A stretch of DNA of 42,513 bases from a virus (Duplodnaviria > Caudoviricetes). Shown piece after piece: positions 18,334 through 25,673 of the stretch. Numbering within the stretch: position 1 is the first letter of the stretch; each line of letters starts with the position of its first letter. The stretch spans positions 1 through 42,513 of IMG/VR virus record IMGVR_UViG_3300049139_000057. One strand, given 5' to 3'. The notes under the pieces are model-generated. The model saw nothing but the letters and a program-made list of their open reading frames with translations. It did not search any database and was not told where the DNA came from. A program made the translations under genes and the position numbers.

Positions 18334-18363
18334 ACGCCCCCGCTCCACTCGGAGCGGGGGCGT
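18334..18363. terminator. Bidirectional terminator between convergent genes
   Basis: Perfect 13-bp stem ACGCCCCCGCTCC-ACTC-GGAGCGGGGGCGT. Confidence 0.85.
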
Positions 18364-18373
18364 TTCGTCGTGC

Positions 18374-19159
18374 CTACTCGTCGGCGCGGACCATGTGGGC
18401 GAGTGCCGCGCCCATCCCGAGCACTGCCACCGGCAGACAAGCCACGCCAGCGGTGATCCACCACGGCGCGACACCGACTCCCGCGGCGGCCATCACGTGG
18501 TAGGCGATCTGCCCGGCAGCGCCAACAATCAGTGCGGCAATCGCTGAGGTTCGCGCCATCCTCCGTGCCTTGCCGCGGGCTTTACCGGACAGCCACACGT
18601 AGAGGGCGTAGGCGGCGTACACCTCCATGCCGATGGGCAACGTGATCGCGGTGTTGATGACGACCTGGTCAGCGATGCCGGGGAGGAGCCGGACGGGCCC
18701 GAACCCGGCGAGCTCCCCGAGGCCGACCCAGCCGCCCCAGATGGCGACGGCGGCGGGGGCCATGAGGAGCCACACCGGCCAGACCCTCACGGGCCGGAGC
18801 GACGCCTGCGGGTCCACGTCTGCCGTTGCGGGTTCCGCAATCGGGGCGCTCGGCTCTGCGATTTCCGCATACGGAGTTCGGGTCTCGGGGAGGCTGGGCG
18901 GGGTGGTCGCGGGGGGCAGGCTGCGCGCCTCAGCGTCGTCGGGCAGTCGCACGGTGACCGGGCTGGATCCTTCGGCGATCATCTTGCGGGCCTCTCGGAT
19001 GCGCAGCTGGCCCCAGCCCTCCTTGAGGCCGTACTTCGCGGCCAGCTTGGCGCCGGAGAGGGGCTTGCCGGATCGGTAGCTGCGGAGCCAGTCGTTGCGG
19101 GCTTTGGCCTGCCGCTGCTGTGCGGTGATGGCGGGCGTGCGGGTAGCAGTGTCTACCAT
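18374..19159 (-). CDS. DUF2637/SpdA-like membrane protein with N-terminal HTH-like segment
   Basis: AGGAG RBS; AIWGGWVGLG...INTAITLPIGMEVYAAYAL TM block. Confidence 0.7.
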   Translation of the reverse strand: MVDTATRTPAITAQQRQAKARNDWLRSYRSGKPLSGAKLAAKYGLKEGWGQLRIREARKMIAEGSSPVTVRLPDDAEARSLPPATTPPSLPETRTPYAEIAEPSAPIAEPATADVDPQASLRPVRVWPVWLLMAPAAVAIWGGWVGLGELAGFGPVRLLPGIADQVVINTAITLPIGMEVYAAYALYVWLSGKARGKARRMARTSAIAALIVGAAGQIAYHVMAAAGVGVAPWWITAGVACLPVAVLGMGAALAHMVRADE

Positions 19160-19186
19160 TGGCTTACTCCTGTTTCGGATGGGAGA

Positions 19187-19226
19187 GGGCGGCCCGGGGA
19201 TCTGTGGAAGGTGACCCGGGCCGCCC
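19187..19226 (-). promoter_or_regulatory. Intergenic stem-loop upstream of the DUF2637-like gene
   Basis: GGGCGGCCCGGG ... CCCGGGCCGCCC 12-bp inverted repeat. Confidence 0.55.
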
Positions 19227-19230
19227 GTTG

Positions 19231-19614
19231 CTATTCGGCGGCGGTCTTGGTGATGCGGTAGTAGCGACCGCCGATGGCGAGCACGTGGCCGATCGGCGCG
19301 CCCATGACTGCGGCCCTGGTGTCCTCGTCGGCGTCCACGATGTCGCAGAGGGCCTTGCGGGCGTCGTCGAGCGTCGCGACAGCGAGCCTCTCGGTGTAAT
19401 CGGTGAGAGCCGGTTCGCCGTCGTCGTCCGTGTCGGGCGCGCAGTACTCGATCCGATACGGCTTGGGCTTCAGGGAATCCAGGAACCGCTCGTGCTCGTA
19501 GACGGCACTGAGGCCGTAGCGCACGAGGGTGGCCACGGCGTCATCGAAAGTCGTGCCCTCGCGTTCGGCGTATGCGCGGATATCGGCAGTGATGGTTTCG
19601 GAGAAGGTCGTCAT
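19231..19614 (-). CDS. Hypothetical protein with RHH/CopG-like N-terminus
   Basis: GAAAGGA RBS; ITADIRAYAEREGTTFDDAVATLVRYGL. Confidence 0.7.
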   Translation of the reverse strand: MTTFSETITADIRAYAEREGTTFDDAVATLVRYGLSAVYEHERFLDSLKPKPYRIEYCAPDTDDDGEPALTDYTERLAVATLDDARKALCDIVDADEDTRAAVMGAPIGHVLAIGGRYYRITKTAAE

Positions 19615-19627
19615 GGTGGTCCTTTCG

Positions 19628-19649
19628 GGGCCCCGGTTGCCCGGGGCCC
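19628..19649 (-). promoter_or_regulatory. GCAA-tetraloop hairpin between genes
   Basis: Minus strand GGGCCCCGG-GCAA-CCGGGGCCC next to the RBS of the 19614 gene. Confidence 0.5.
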
Positions 19650-19656
19650 GGTGGCG

Positions 19657-20055
19657 CTATCGGTTGATCGAGAGGAGGTGCCTCGGTTCGCCGCCGACGA
19701 CGATCGCGGCGGCCCGGTCTTCGGGGGTGATGCTGCGGCGGTTCTCCTCGGGGATGAGGGTGAGGTCCTGGGCGACGTGCAGCCGGAGGATTTCGGCGTC
19801 CAGAACCTTGCGGTTGATTCCGGCGAGGAGGGGGCGGAGGTCGGTGAGCGACACCCAGCGTCCCATGGCGGGGGTGACCTGGAGGTAGGCGTCACGGATG
19901 CGGCCGGCGAGGTCCTGGGGGGCACTGCTCTGGTCGCTGGCCTCAAGGGCTTCGGTGAGGAGGCGTTCGACGGCGGCGGCCGGGTCCATGCCTCGCGCGG
20001 CGGCGTAGGCGTTGATGGTGGTGGTGAGGTTCTGGGGGATTTCGATGGCGGTCAT
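19657..20055 (-). CDS. Hypothetical protein with RHH-like N-terminus and winged-helix-like C-terminus
   Basis: GGAAGGAG RBS before ATG 20055; WVSLTDLRPLL...PEENRRSITPEDRAAA..GG domain. Confidence 0.7.
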   Translation of the reverse strand: MTAIEIPQNLTTTINAYAAARGMDPAAAVERLLTEALEASDQSSAPQDLAGRIRDAYLQVTPAMGRWVSLTDLRPLLAGINRKVLDAEILRLHVAQDLTLIPEENRRSITPEDRAAAIVVGGEPRHLLSINR

Positions 20056-20083
20056 GGGGGGGCTCCTTCCGGGGTACGCCATA

Positions 20084-20196
20084 AGCGTATCCCCTTGGTT
20101 GTCAATTAGCAACTCATGGCGGCATGGAACTGGAAATTCATCCGTTCGGATGAGGCGACCCTGATGGTTGCCAAACGACAACTGTAGCCATAGACT
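20084..20196. promoter_or_regulatory. Divergent promoters, each overlapped by a GTTG-N8-CAAC operator
   Basis: Minus TTGCTA-N17-TACGCT; plus TTGCCA-N17-TAGACT; boxes at 20098-20113 and 20167-20182. Confidence 0.65.
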
Positions 20197-20202
20197 GAGT
20201 AC

Positions 20203-20394
20203 ATGCCGAACATCCCACACGACCCCGAACTCCCGCCGCTCATGTCCGTCACCGAGGCCGCCGCCGAACTCGGCGTCACCCGGCAGGCGATCCTCAAGAT
20301 GGCCGCCAATGGGCAACTCCTCGGCCGGAAGGCTGGCAACACCTGGGTGTTCCGATCGGTCACCGTGAGAGCAGCCAAGCGCGCACGGGGGTGA
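20203..20394 (+). CDS. Small HTH DNA-binding protein (excisionase/HTH_17-like)
   Basis: LMSVTEAAAELGVTRQAILKM...G..WVF. Confidence 0.85.
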   Translation: MPNIPHDPELPPLMSVTEAAAELGVTRQAILKMAANGQLLGRKAGNTWVFRSVTVRAAKRARG

Positions 20395-20400
20395 ACACGA

Positions 20401-20430
20401 AGCGGCTCCCGGTTGTCACCGAGAGCCGCT
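20401..20430. terminator. Terminator hairpin between convergent HTH and DUF397 genes
   Basis: AGCGGCTC...GAGCCGCT stem. Confidence 0.6.
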
Positions 20431-20492
20431 ACGATCGTTACGGATGCGTCTCTAAGCGTCGTCCAGTGCCGTTCTGCCGGGTCGTAGACAGG

Positions 20493-20672
20493 TCAGCGCT
20501 GGGCGGCGCGCAACACGCTCACGAACTCTTCAGGCGCGAGATCGAACACCGGGGATTCTTCCCCCAGCTTCGAGTCGCGCACCTGGAATCCGCCTTCAGA
20601 GGCTCGGGCCTCGACGCAGTCGCCGTTGCCCTGGCTGCTCGAGCGGCTCGACTTCCGCCACTCTGTGTTCAT
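20493..20672 (-). CDS. DUF397 (BldB-like) protein
   Basis: WRKSSRS...CVE...VRDSK signature; ATGA overlap with XRE gene. Confidence 0.92.
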   Translation of the reverse strand: MNTEWRKSSRSSSQGNGDCVEARASEGGFQVRDSKLGEESPVFDLAPEEFVSVLRAAQR

Positions 20673-21499
20673 CTCAGGTACTCCTCTATCGGAATGGACA
20701 TGTCGCGAGCCGATTCGAAGATCTGCTCGTACATAGACACTAGGCGCGGCTGCTCGATGTAGCGACACCCATCCGCCCCATCAGTGAAGACGAAGGGTTC
20801 GCCGTCGTCACCGGGGTAGAGGAGGTTGAAGGCACCCGCCGTGGCGGCGTGGATCCTCGTGAGCACCCGGATCGACGCGCCGGCCATGCCGGCGACCTCG
20901 AGCAGGCGGGCGCACTGCTCGTCCCGAACGGCCGCGGGCATGGCCTCGAGGTAGTCGACGGCGGCCTTGCCGATCAGGAACTCTAGCCGCGGCAGCGGGC
21001 TGCGCGAATAGAGGAGCTGCTGCCGGTGCGTGCGCAAGCGCCGCCAGGACTCGGAGACTTCCTCTCGCATCGCGAGCTGCACCGACTGGAGCTGGCGGAG
21101 GTACTCCGGGGTCTGGAGGAGGCCGGGGATCACCTCGGTCTCGAGCACCCAGATCTGGCGGGCGGCCTGCTCGGTCTCGAGGAACAGCGGGATCCGGGGC
21201 CTGGAGGTCTCTCCGACAGAGATGTCGAAGTACGGCTCCCACCAGCCCCGTTCCTTTCCTCGAGCCGCCAGCGAGGTCAGGTGGCTCATCTCGGCGGAGT
21301 CGATGCCGTACAGCTCGCAGAGCTTCTCGACAACGATGGACCTGGTGGCCTGGGTCCCCTCTTCGATGCGTTGGATGGTTTGGCCCGAGTACCCGATAGC
21401 ACGGCCGGCCTCTGCGCGGGATAGTCCGCGGTCCTCGCGGTGCCGCTCGAAGGTCCGGCCCATGGTCTTGCGGGCGATGGTGGGCTGTGATTCTGACAT
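20669..21499 (-). CDS. XRE-family HTH + DUF5753 regulator (WhiJ/Scr1-like)
   Basis: N-terminal HTH (GLSRAEAG..IG.S..TIQRIEEG), RGWW, E.EVIPGLLQTPEY. Confidence 0.92.
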   Translation of the reverse strand: MSESQPTIARKTMGRTFERHREDRGLSRAEAGRAIGYSGQTIQRIEEGTQATRSIVVEKLCELYGIDSAEMSHLTSLAARGKERGWWEPYFDISVGETSRPRIPLFLETEQAARQIWVLETEVIPGLLQTPEYLRQLQSVQLAMREEVSESWRRLRTHRQQLLYSRSPLPRLEFLIGKAAVDYLEAMPAAVRDEQCARLLEVAGMAGASIRVLTRIHAATAGAFNLLYPGDDGEPFVFTDGADGCRYIEQPRLVSMYEQIFESARDMSIPIEEYLR

Positions 21500-21722
21500 G
21501 TGTCTAGCGTCGCATGACGGCTTCCATATTTCAAGCTCCACGACGGAGGCTCCAAAACGGATTGCGCGTTTCCTCTTCCCTAGCAGGTGGTTGACGCCTT
21601 ACCGTCGAACTAGGGCCGCCGACCACGACGCATCCAGTCATCCCGGTCGGCGGCCCGCACAACGAAGGCCCCGCCAGACGTGACTCTGCGGGGCCCTCGC
21701 AACACCAGAGATGGAGCCTCTG

Positions 21723-22034
21723 ATGAGCACACCCAGCGTACGAGAAACCAGCCCACCGGATCAAGACCCGAGCCCTGTGATCGCCTCATGGCGGACCGAG
21801 GGCTACCTGATGGCCCTCGAGGACACCGGCGACCGCGGAGCCCGCATCGTCGTTACCCCCCACGGGAAGCCGCCCAAGGAGTACGGGAGCATCCGCTACG
21901 ACGAGTCCCAATCCAGGCACCTCATCGACTGGAATCGGTCTGGGTGCCTCGCGCTCGAGCAGTACAAACGCGACCACTGGGACACGAAGTTCTATACGGC
22001 CATGGCGCGGCCGAAGATGGAGACCGGGTCATGA
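21723..22034 (+). CDS. Hypothetical protein divergent from the XRE gene
   Basis: GGAG RBS, coupled to next ORF. Confidence 0.6.
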   Translation: MSTPSVRETSPPDQDPSPVIASWRTEGYLMALEDTGDRGARIVVTPHGKPPKEYGSIRYDESQSRHLIDWNRSGCLALEQYKRDHWDTKFYTAMARPKMETGS

Positions 22035-22162
22035 TCCGTCGCTTGCTGTACCGTCTCCGCCGCCGCTCGAAGCAGCCGGCCACGTTCGAGGAGTGGCGGG
22101 CTTGGCAGGAGCGGGAGTTCCGCGAGAGGCTCCGCAGATACCACCAGGAGCCGCTGCCGTGA
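22031..22162 (+). CDS. Small basic hypothetical protein (43 aa)
   Basis: ATGA and GTGA overlaps on both sides. Confidence 0.5.
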   Translation: MIRRLLYRLRRRSKQPATFEEWRAWQEREFRERLRRYHQEPLP

Positions 22163-22365
22163 ACGCCGCCGAGGAAACCCAGATGATGCACGCCGCGGAT
22201 GAAGACGGGTGGTGCGGGTTCCATCTCCGCCACTACGGGCTCCACATCCCGGCCGGCACATGCGCGCCGTTCCTGCTGGCGACCGCGGTCCTCCGTGCCC
22301 GCAGGCAGGCTCAGGCGAAACGGATTCGGCCGGCGTACTTGCGGCCGTCGTCCCGGTCCTCCTAG
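22159..22365 (+). CDS. Small His/Cys hypothetical protein
   Basis: GTGA overlap; H...WCGFH..H...C possible metal site. Confidence 0.55.
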   Translation: MNAAEETQMMHAADEDGWCGFHLRHYGLHIPAGTCAPFLLATAVLRARRQAQAKRIRPAYLRPSSRSS

Positions 22366-22379
22366 GCCTGCCTCCCGAG

Positions 22380-22664
22380 GGGCCGCCGCACCGATGAGGG
22401 GGCGGCGGCCCACTCCCGGCCCCGCGTGGTGGACGAGCCCCCAGGCTCGTGCGGGGCCGGGAATCACTCACAAGGGGGATGCCGCCGCCTCAAGTCGATC
22501 TTGGGCGGGTATCCCGAATAGTCGTCCGTCGCCGAGTGGCGCGGATGGAGCGGCCCGGCGCTGATGGGGGTTGGTCAGCCGGGCCGCTTTCCTACAGTGC
22601 ACAATGGAGAGGGGAACCTGCTACGGCAGGAACAAGGCCGCCGCCCGGTCTCGTCCGGGCGGCG
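22380..22664. other. Non-coding array of about seven tandem hairpins (possible structured RNA plus terminators)
   Basis: Consecutive inverted repeats between convergent operon and integrase. Confidence 0.5.
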
Positions 22665-22667
22665 TGT

Positions 22668-24206
22668 CTATGCCCACACGATCTTGATGCGGGTCGTGTC
22701 GAACCGCTGATAGGGCGGGGCTGCACGCTTGATGACGACTTGCTTCACGAACAGCCGCAGGAACGCGCGCTGCTCCTGGATCTCCATCAGCGACCAGGCC
22801 CGCGGGTCCTTCAGGGCCTCGGCGTCGAACCCCTCTGGCGGCGGCGGGGTCGACGCCAGCTCGGCCCGGGCGCGCGCCTCGTCCTGCTCCAACCCGGCGC
22901 GCATCGCCTTCCACTCCTCGGTGGTCACCTCGCGAGCGCCCCACATCTCCGCCAGCTCCGCCCGGCGTACGTCGATCGCACCCAGTTCGTCTGACAGCTC
23001 CTTACGACGCTCGGCGTAGTCGTCCCTGAGGAACGCATCAAGGCGACCCGGCTTCGAAATCTCCTCGAACAGCAACTCCACCACCCGGTCCTCCAGGGGT
23101 TGCCCCTGGATGCCGACGCATCCCTTTCCGCCGCGGTTGGGATGGCACGTGTAGTAGGGAATGACGTCGCCCTTCCTGGTCTTGCGCTGGGCCGCCGTCA
23201 ACGGTGCGCTGCAAACCGCGCAGACGGCGAGCCCGGCCGACAGCAGGTATCGCCGCACGGACCTGCCGGTGTGGCGATCGGGGTCCATCGGGTAGATGCG
23301 GCCGTCTGACCCCTGAAGGAGGCGAGGGGCCCCGAAGTGCGCGCGGAGCCGGTGGTGGGTCTCTTCGGAGAAGATGGGGTCCCAGTTCCCCTTCCCGACG
23401 ACTTCGCCCCGGTAGATCCGTAGCCCGGCATTGGTGGGGCTGAGCAGCGCCTTGCGGATTGTGGCCGCGGTGAGGGCGGTGTCTTCGGTCATCGGCTCGC
23501 CGGTGGCGATGTCAATGACCGGCTCACCACTGATGGGGTCAACGATCTTGCGGCGCCGCACCCCCGTGAATCCCCGGGCCTTGAACTCGGTGAGGACCCG
23601 CGCGAGCCCCCACCCCGAGTTCAGGACCATGTCCGCTGCCCACCGGAGCGCTTCGGCCCGCTCGGGGATGATCTCGTATGTCCGCGGCTTCCCGGGCGGG
23701 TGGACGTGCCGGTAGGCGAACGGCACTGCCGCCGGCGGGAGCCCGCGCATCGCATCGTCGCGGACGCGGTTGTTGACCCGCCTCTTGACGCGGCGGACCT
23801 CCCCTGCGCCGAGTACCGCTTTCAGGCCAGCCACGTCGTCGTCGACGCGGACGATGCCGTCGTTGCGGGTGTGGATCTCGTGGATTCCAGCGTCGTCGAG
23901 CTCGATGGCGACGGTGAACCACTCCAGTTCCTGGCGCACGAACCGGTACTGCTCGATGCACCAGATATGGGCGACCATGCCGTCGCGCAGCCATCTGCGC
24001 AGGCGTTCGAACTCGGGCCTGACCACCTTGGGGTCGGCGGCGGTGATGTGGTTGTCGGCGAAGACCTCGACGGGCATCCCAGGCCAGTGCTGCGCGGCGT
24101 AGGCGCGGCCGTAGCGCTCCTGAACTTCAACGCCTTCGCGGCGTCCGGACTTGTCGATGGTGATGCGGCAGTAGATCGCCACCACGGCATTGGGGGACGG
24201 GCTCAT
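22668..24206 (-). CDS. int: Large serine-family recombinase (integrase) with Thr at the catalytic Ser position
   Basis: YCRIT.D catalytic motif, RP.F motif, PFAY recombinase domain start, CxxC...YxC...C zinc ribbon, coiled coil. Confidence 0.9.
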   Translation of the reverse strand: MSPSPNAVVAIYCRITIDKSGRREGVEVQERYGRAYAAQHWPGMPVEVFADNHITAADPKVVRPEFERLRRWLRDGMVAHIWCIEQYRFVRQELEWFTVAIELDDAGIHEIHTRNDGIVRVDDDVAGLKAVLGAGEVRRVKRRVNNRVRDDAMRGLPPAAVPFAYRHVHPPGKPRTYEIIPERAEALRWAADMVLNSGWGLARVLTEFKARGFTGVRRRKIVDPISGEPVIDIATGEPMTEDTALTAATIRKALLSPTNAGLRIYRGEVVGKGNWDPIFSEETHHRLRAHFGAPRLLQGSDGRIYPMDPDRHTGRSVRRYLLSAGLAVCAVCSAPLTAAQRKTRKGDVIPYYTCHPNRGGKGCVGIQGQPLEDRVVELLFEEISKPGRLDAFLRDDYAERRKELSDELGAIDVRRAELAEMWGAREVTTEEWKAMRAGLEQDEARARAELASTPPPPEGFDAEALKDPRAWSLMEIQEQRAFLRLFVKQVVIKRAAPPYQRFDTTRIKIVWA

Positions 24207-24212
24207 GGAGTG

Positions 24213-24254
24213 ATCCTAGCCCATGCTTTGTTCTTAAAACAACATGTGGCAGGA
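24213..24254. promoter_or_regulatory. Candidate attP overlapping the int promoter
   Basis: AT-rich imperfect inverted repeat just upstream of int; minus-strand TTGTTT-N18-TAGGAT. Confidence 0.5.
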
Positions 24255-24318
24255 CATTGACCGTCAAGCAGTAAGCGAGCGCGGCGACCCCGGAATGAAC
24301 GTTTCCCCAGTGTACGGC

Positions 24319-24353
24319 AGAGGCCCCGTTCCCTGATTGGGAACGGGGCCTCT
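24319..24353. terminator. Terminator of the repressor-side leftward transcript
   Basis: 15-bp perfect stem AGAGGCCCCGTTCCC-TGATT-GGGAACGGGGCCTCT. Confidence 0.85.
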
Positions 24354-24359
24354 CGATGT

Positions 24360-24854
24360 CTACTCCGGCTCGCCCGGTGGTTCCTCCGGGTGGCCGTCCT
24401 TCATGTACAGGTCTTGCAGTGCCTCGACCGCTCCGGCCAACTCCTCGACCGCCCGGACGACTTCTTCGAGCCGGTCGGCGAGATCCTTGATGGCCCCGCG
24501 ATTCTCACCGATCTCTTCGCTCAGTTCGGAGAGCCGGTTTCCGATCTCCTCGAACGCGGCGAGGACTCGTTCTTGGCGCTGTTGAGCCTCGCCTCGGGCT
24601 TCGGCGATGGCTTCCACGAGCGATTTCTGCGACGATCGGATGCCCTGCAAGACGCACCACAGCCAGTAGGCCATGGTGGTGCAGGCTGCGACGATGGATA
24701 CGGTTGCGGTGGTGCTGCGGTGGTGGGAGCCTCCTGGGAGTTGGGAGTGGATGATGAAGACCGTCGCTGCGGTGGCGGCGAGGCAGATGCCGATGATGGT
24801 GTGCCATGCGGCGGGCACTGGGATTGTTACGGTCAGTTTCTCGGGTGCAGTCAT
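24360..24854 (-). CDS. Membrane protein (2 TM plus coiled coil) in immunity region
   Basis: Two hydrophobic helices then heptad repeats. Confidence 0.65.
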   Translation of the reverse strand: MTAPEKLTVTIPVPAAWHTIIGICLAATAATVFIIHSQLPGGSHHRSTTATVSIVAACTTMAYWLWCVLQGIRSSQKSLVEAIAEARGEAQQRQERVLAAFEEIGNRLSELSEEIGENRGAIKDLADRLEEVVRAVEELAGAVEALQDLYMKDGHPEEPPGEPE

Positions 24855-25019
24855 GGCGGGAACCTTGCTTTTGCACGACAGGACGTGGGGGTCAGTCAGT
24901 GCCGGATTACCCAGTGTAGCCATAACATGTGACGTATGCCATCATCCGAACGGATAGCACGTCTGCCCGCCGCGTTGCAACCTCGCACCCGATAGTTGAC
25001 CTGTCGGGTTCCCGACACC

Positions 25020-25673
25020 TCAGTGTCCCAACTCTTCGTCGCTCTCTTCGAAGACTTGCCGCAACAGGGCCTCGGCGGCGCGCTCCATCTGCTGAGCAGT
25101 GAGGCGGTTGCTGGCGGCCATCCGCAGGGACTGCTCCGCGGCCTCCACCCGCTCCAGGAGCTCGCGACGACGACGCTCAGAGGTCCCCTCATGCTCTGCC
25201 AGCTCACGAGTCCGGCGGATGTACTCCCCTAGGTCCTTTGTGGCAGGCGTGCCGGCTGTGGAGCCGTCCTTGCCCCAGCCGAGCTTCTCAGTGGCGACGG
25301 CGTAGTCGACCTTCAAACCTTCGCAGATCCTTCGGATCGTCGCGGAGCGGGGCGATTTCGGCGCCTGCGCGGGATCGAGGTAGCGATAGAAGTCCTTCCG
25401 TGACAGCCCCGCCTTATCGGCGATCTTCGATCGCGACCAGCCCTGGGCTTCCTTCTCCTCGACGACTCCGCCGAACCACTGCGCCACCCGCGTCTGTTCG
25501 AGTGTGGGGGCGGCCTCCGGCTCCGGAGTGTCACGTTTATGTGTCACCACCACATGGTATGAGCGGGAGCCCTTGGTTCGCTGTCGGGTAGGCGACGTGT
25601 CACGTTTACGTCTCTCCTCAGCGGCCCTCCATCGCTCTCGACGACGGACTTCGCTGTGCCGGGGTTTAGCCAT
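25020..25673 (-). CDS. Immunity repressor (XRE HTH)
   Basis: GWSRSKIADKAGLSRKDFYRYL...TIRRICEGL HTH; divergent from Cro-like gene; start uncertain. Confidence 0.75.
   Translation of the reverse strand: MAKPRHSEVRRRERWRAAEERRKRDTSPTRQRTKGSRSYHVVVTHKRDTPEPEAAPTLEQTRVAQWFGGVVEEKEAQGWSRSKIADKAGLSRKDFYRYLDPAQAPKSPRSATIRRICEGLKVDYAVATEKLGWGKDGSTAGTPATKDLGEYIRRTRELAEHEGTSERRRRELLERVEAAEQSLRMAASNRLTAQQMERAAEALLRQVFEESDEELGH

Noticed and set aside
19159-20109. 316-aa plus-strand ORF
   Set aside because: Antisense to two genes that have good RBSs and a promoter.
22366-22667. tRNA or tmRNA fragment as an attachment site
   Set aside because: No cloverleaf, T-loop GTTCRA or CCA end recognised.
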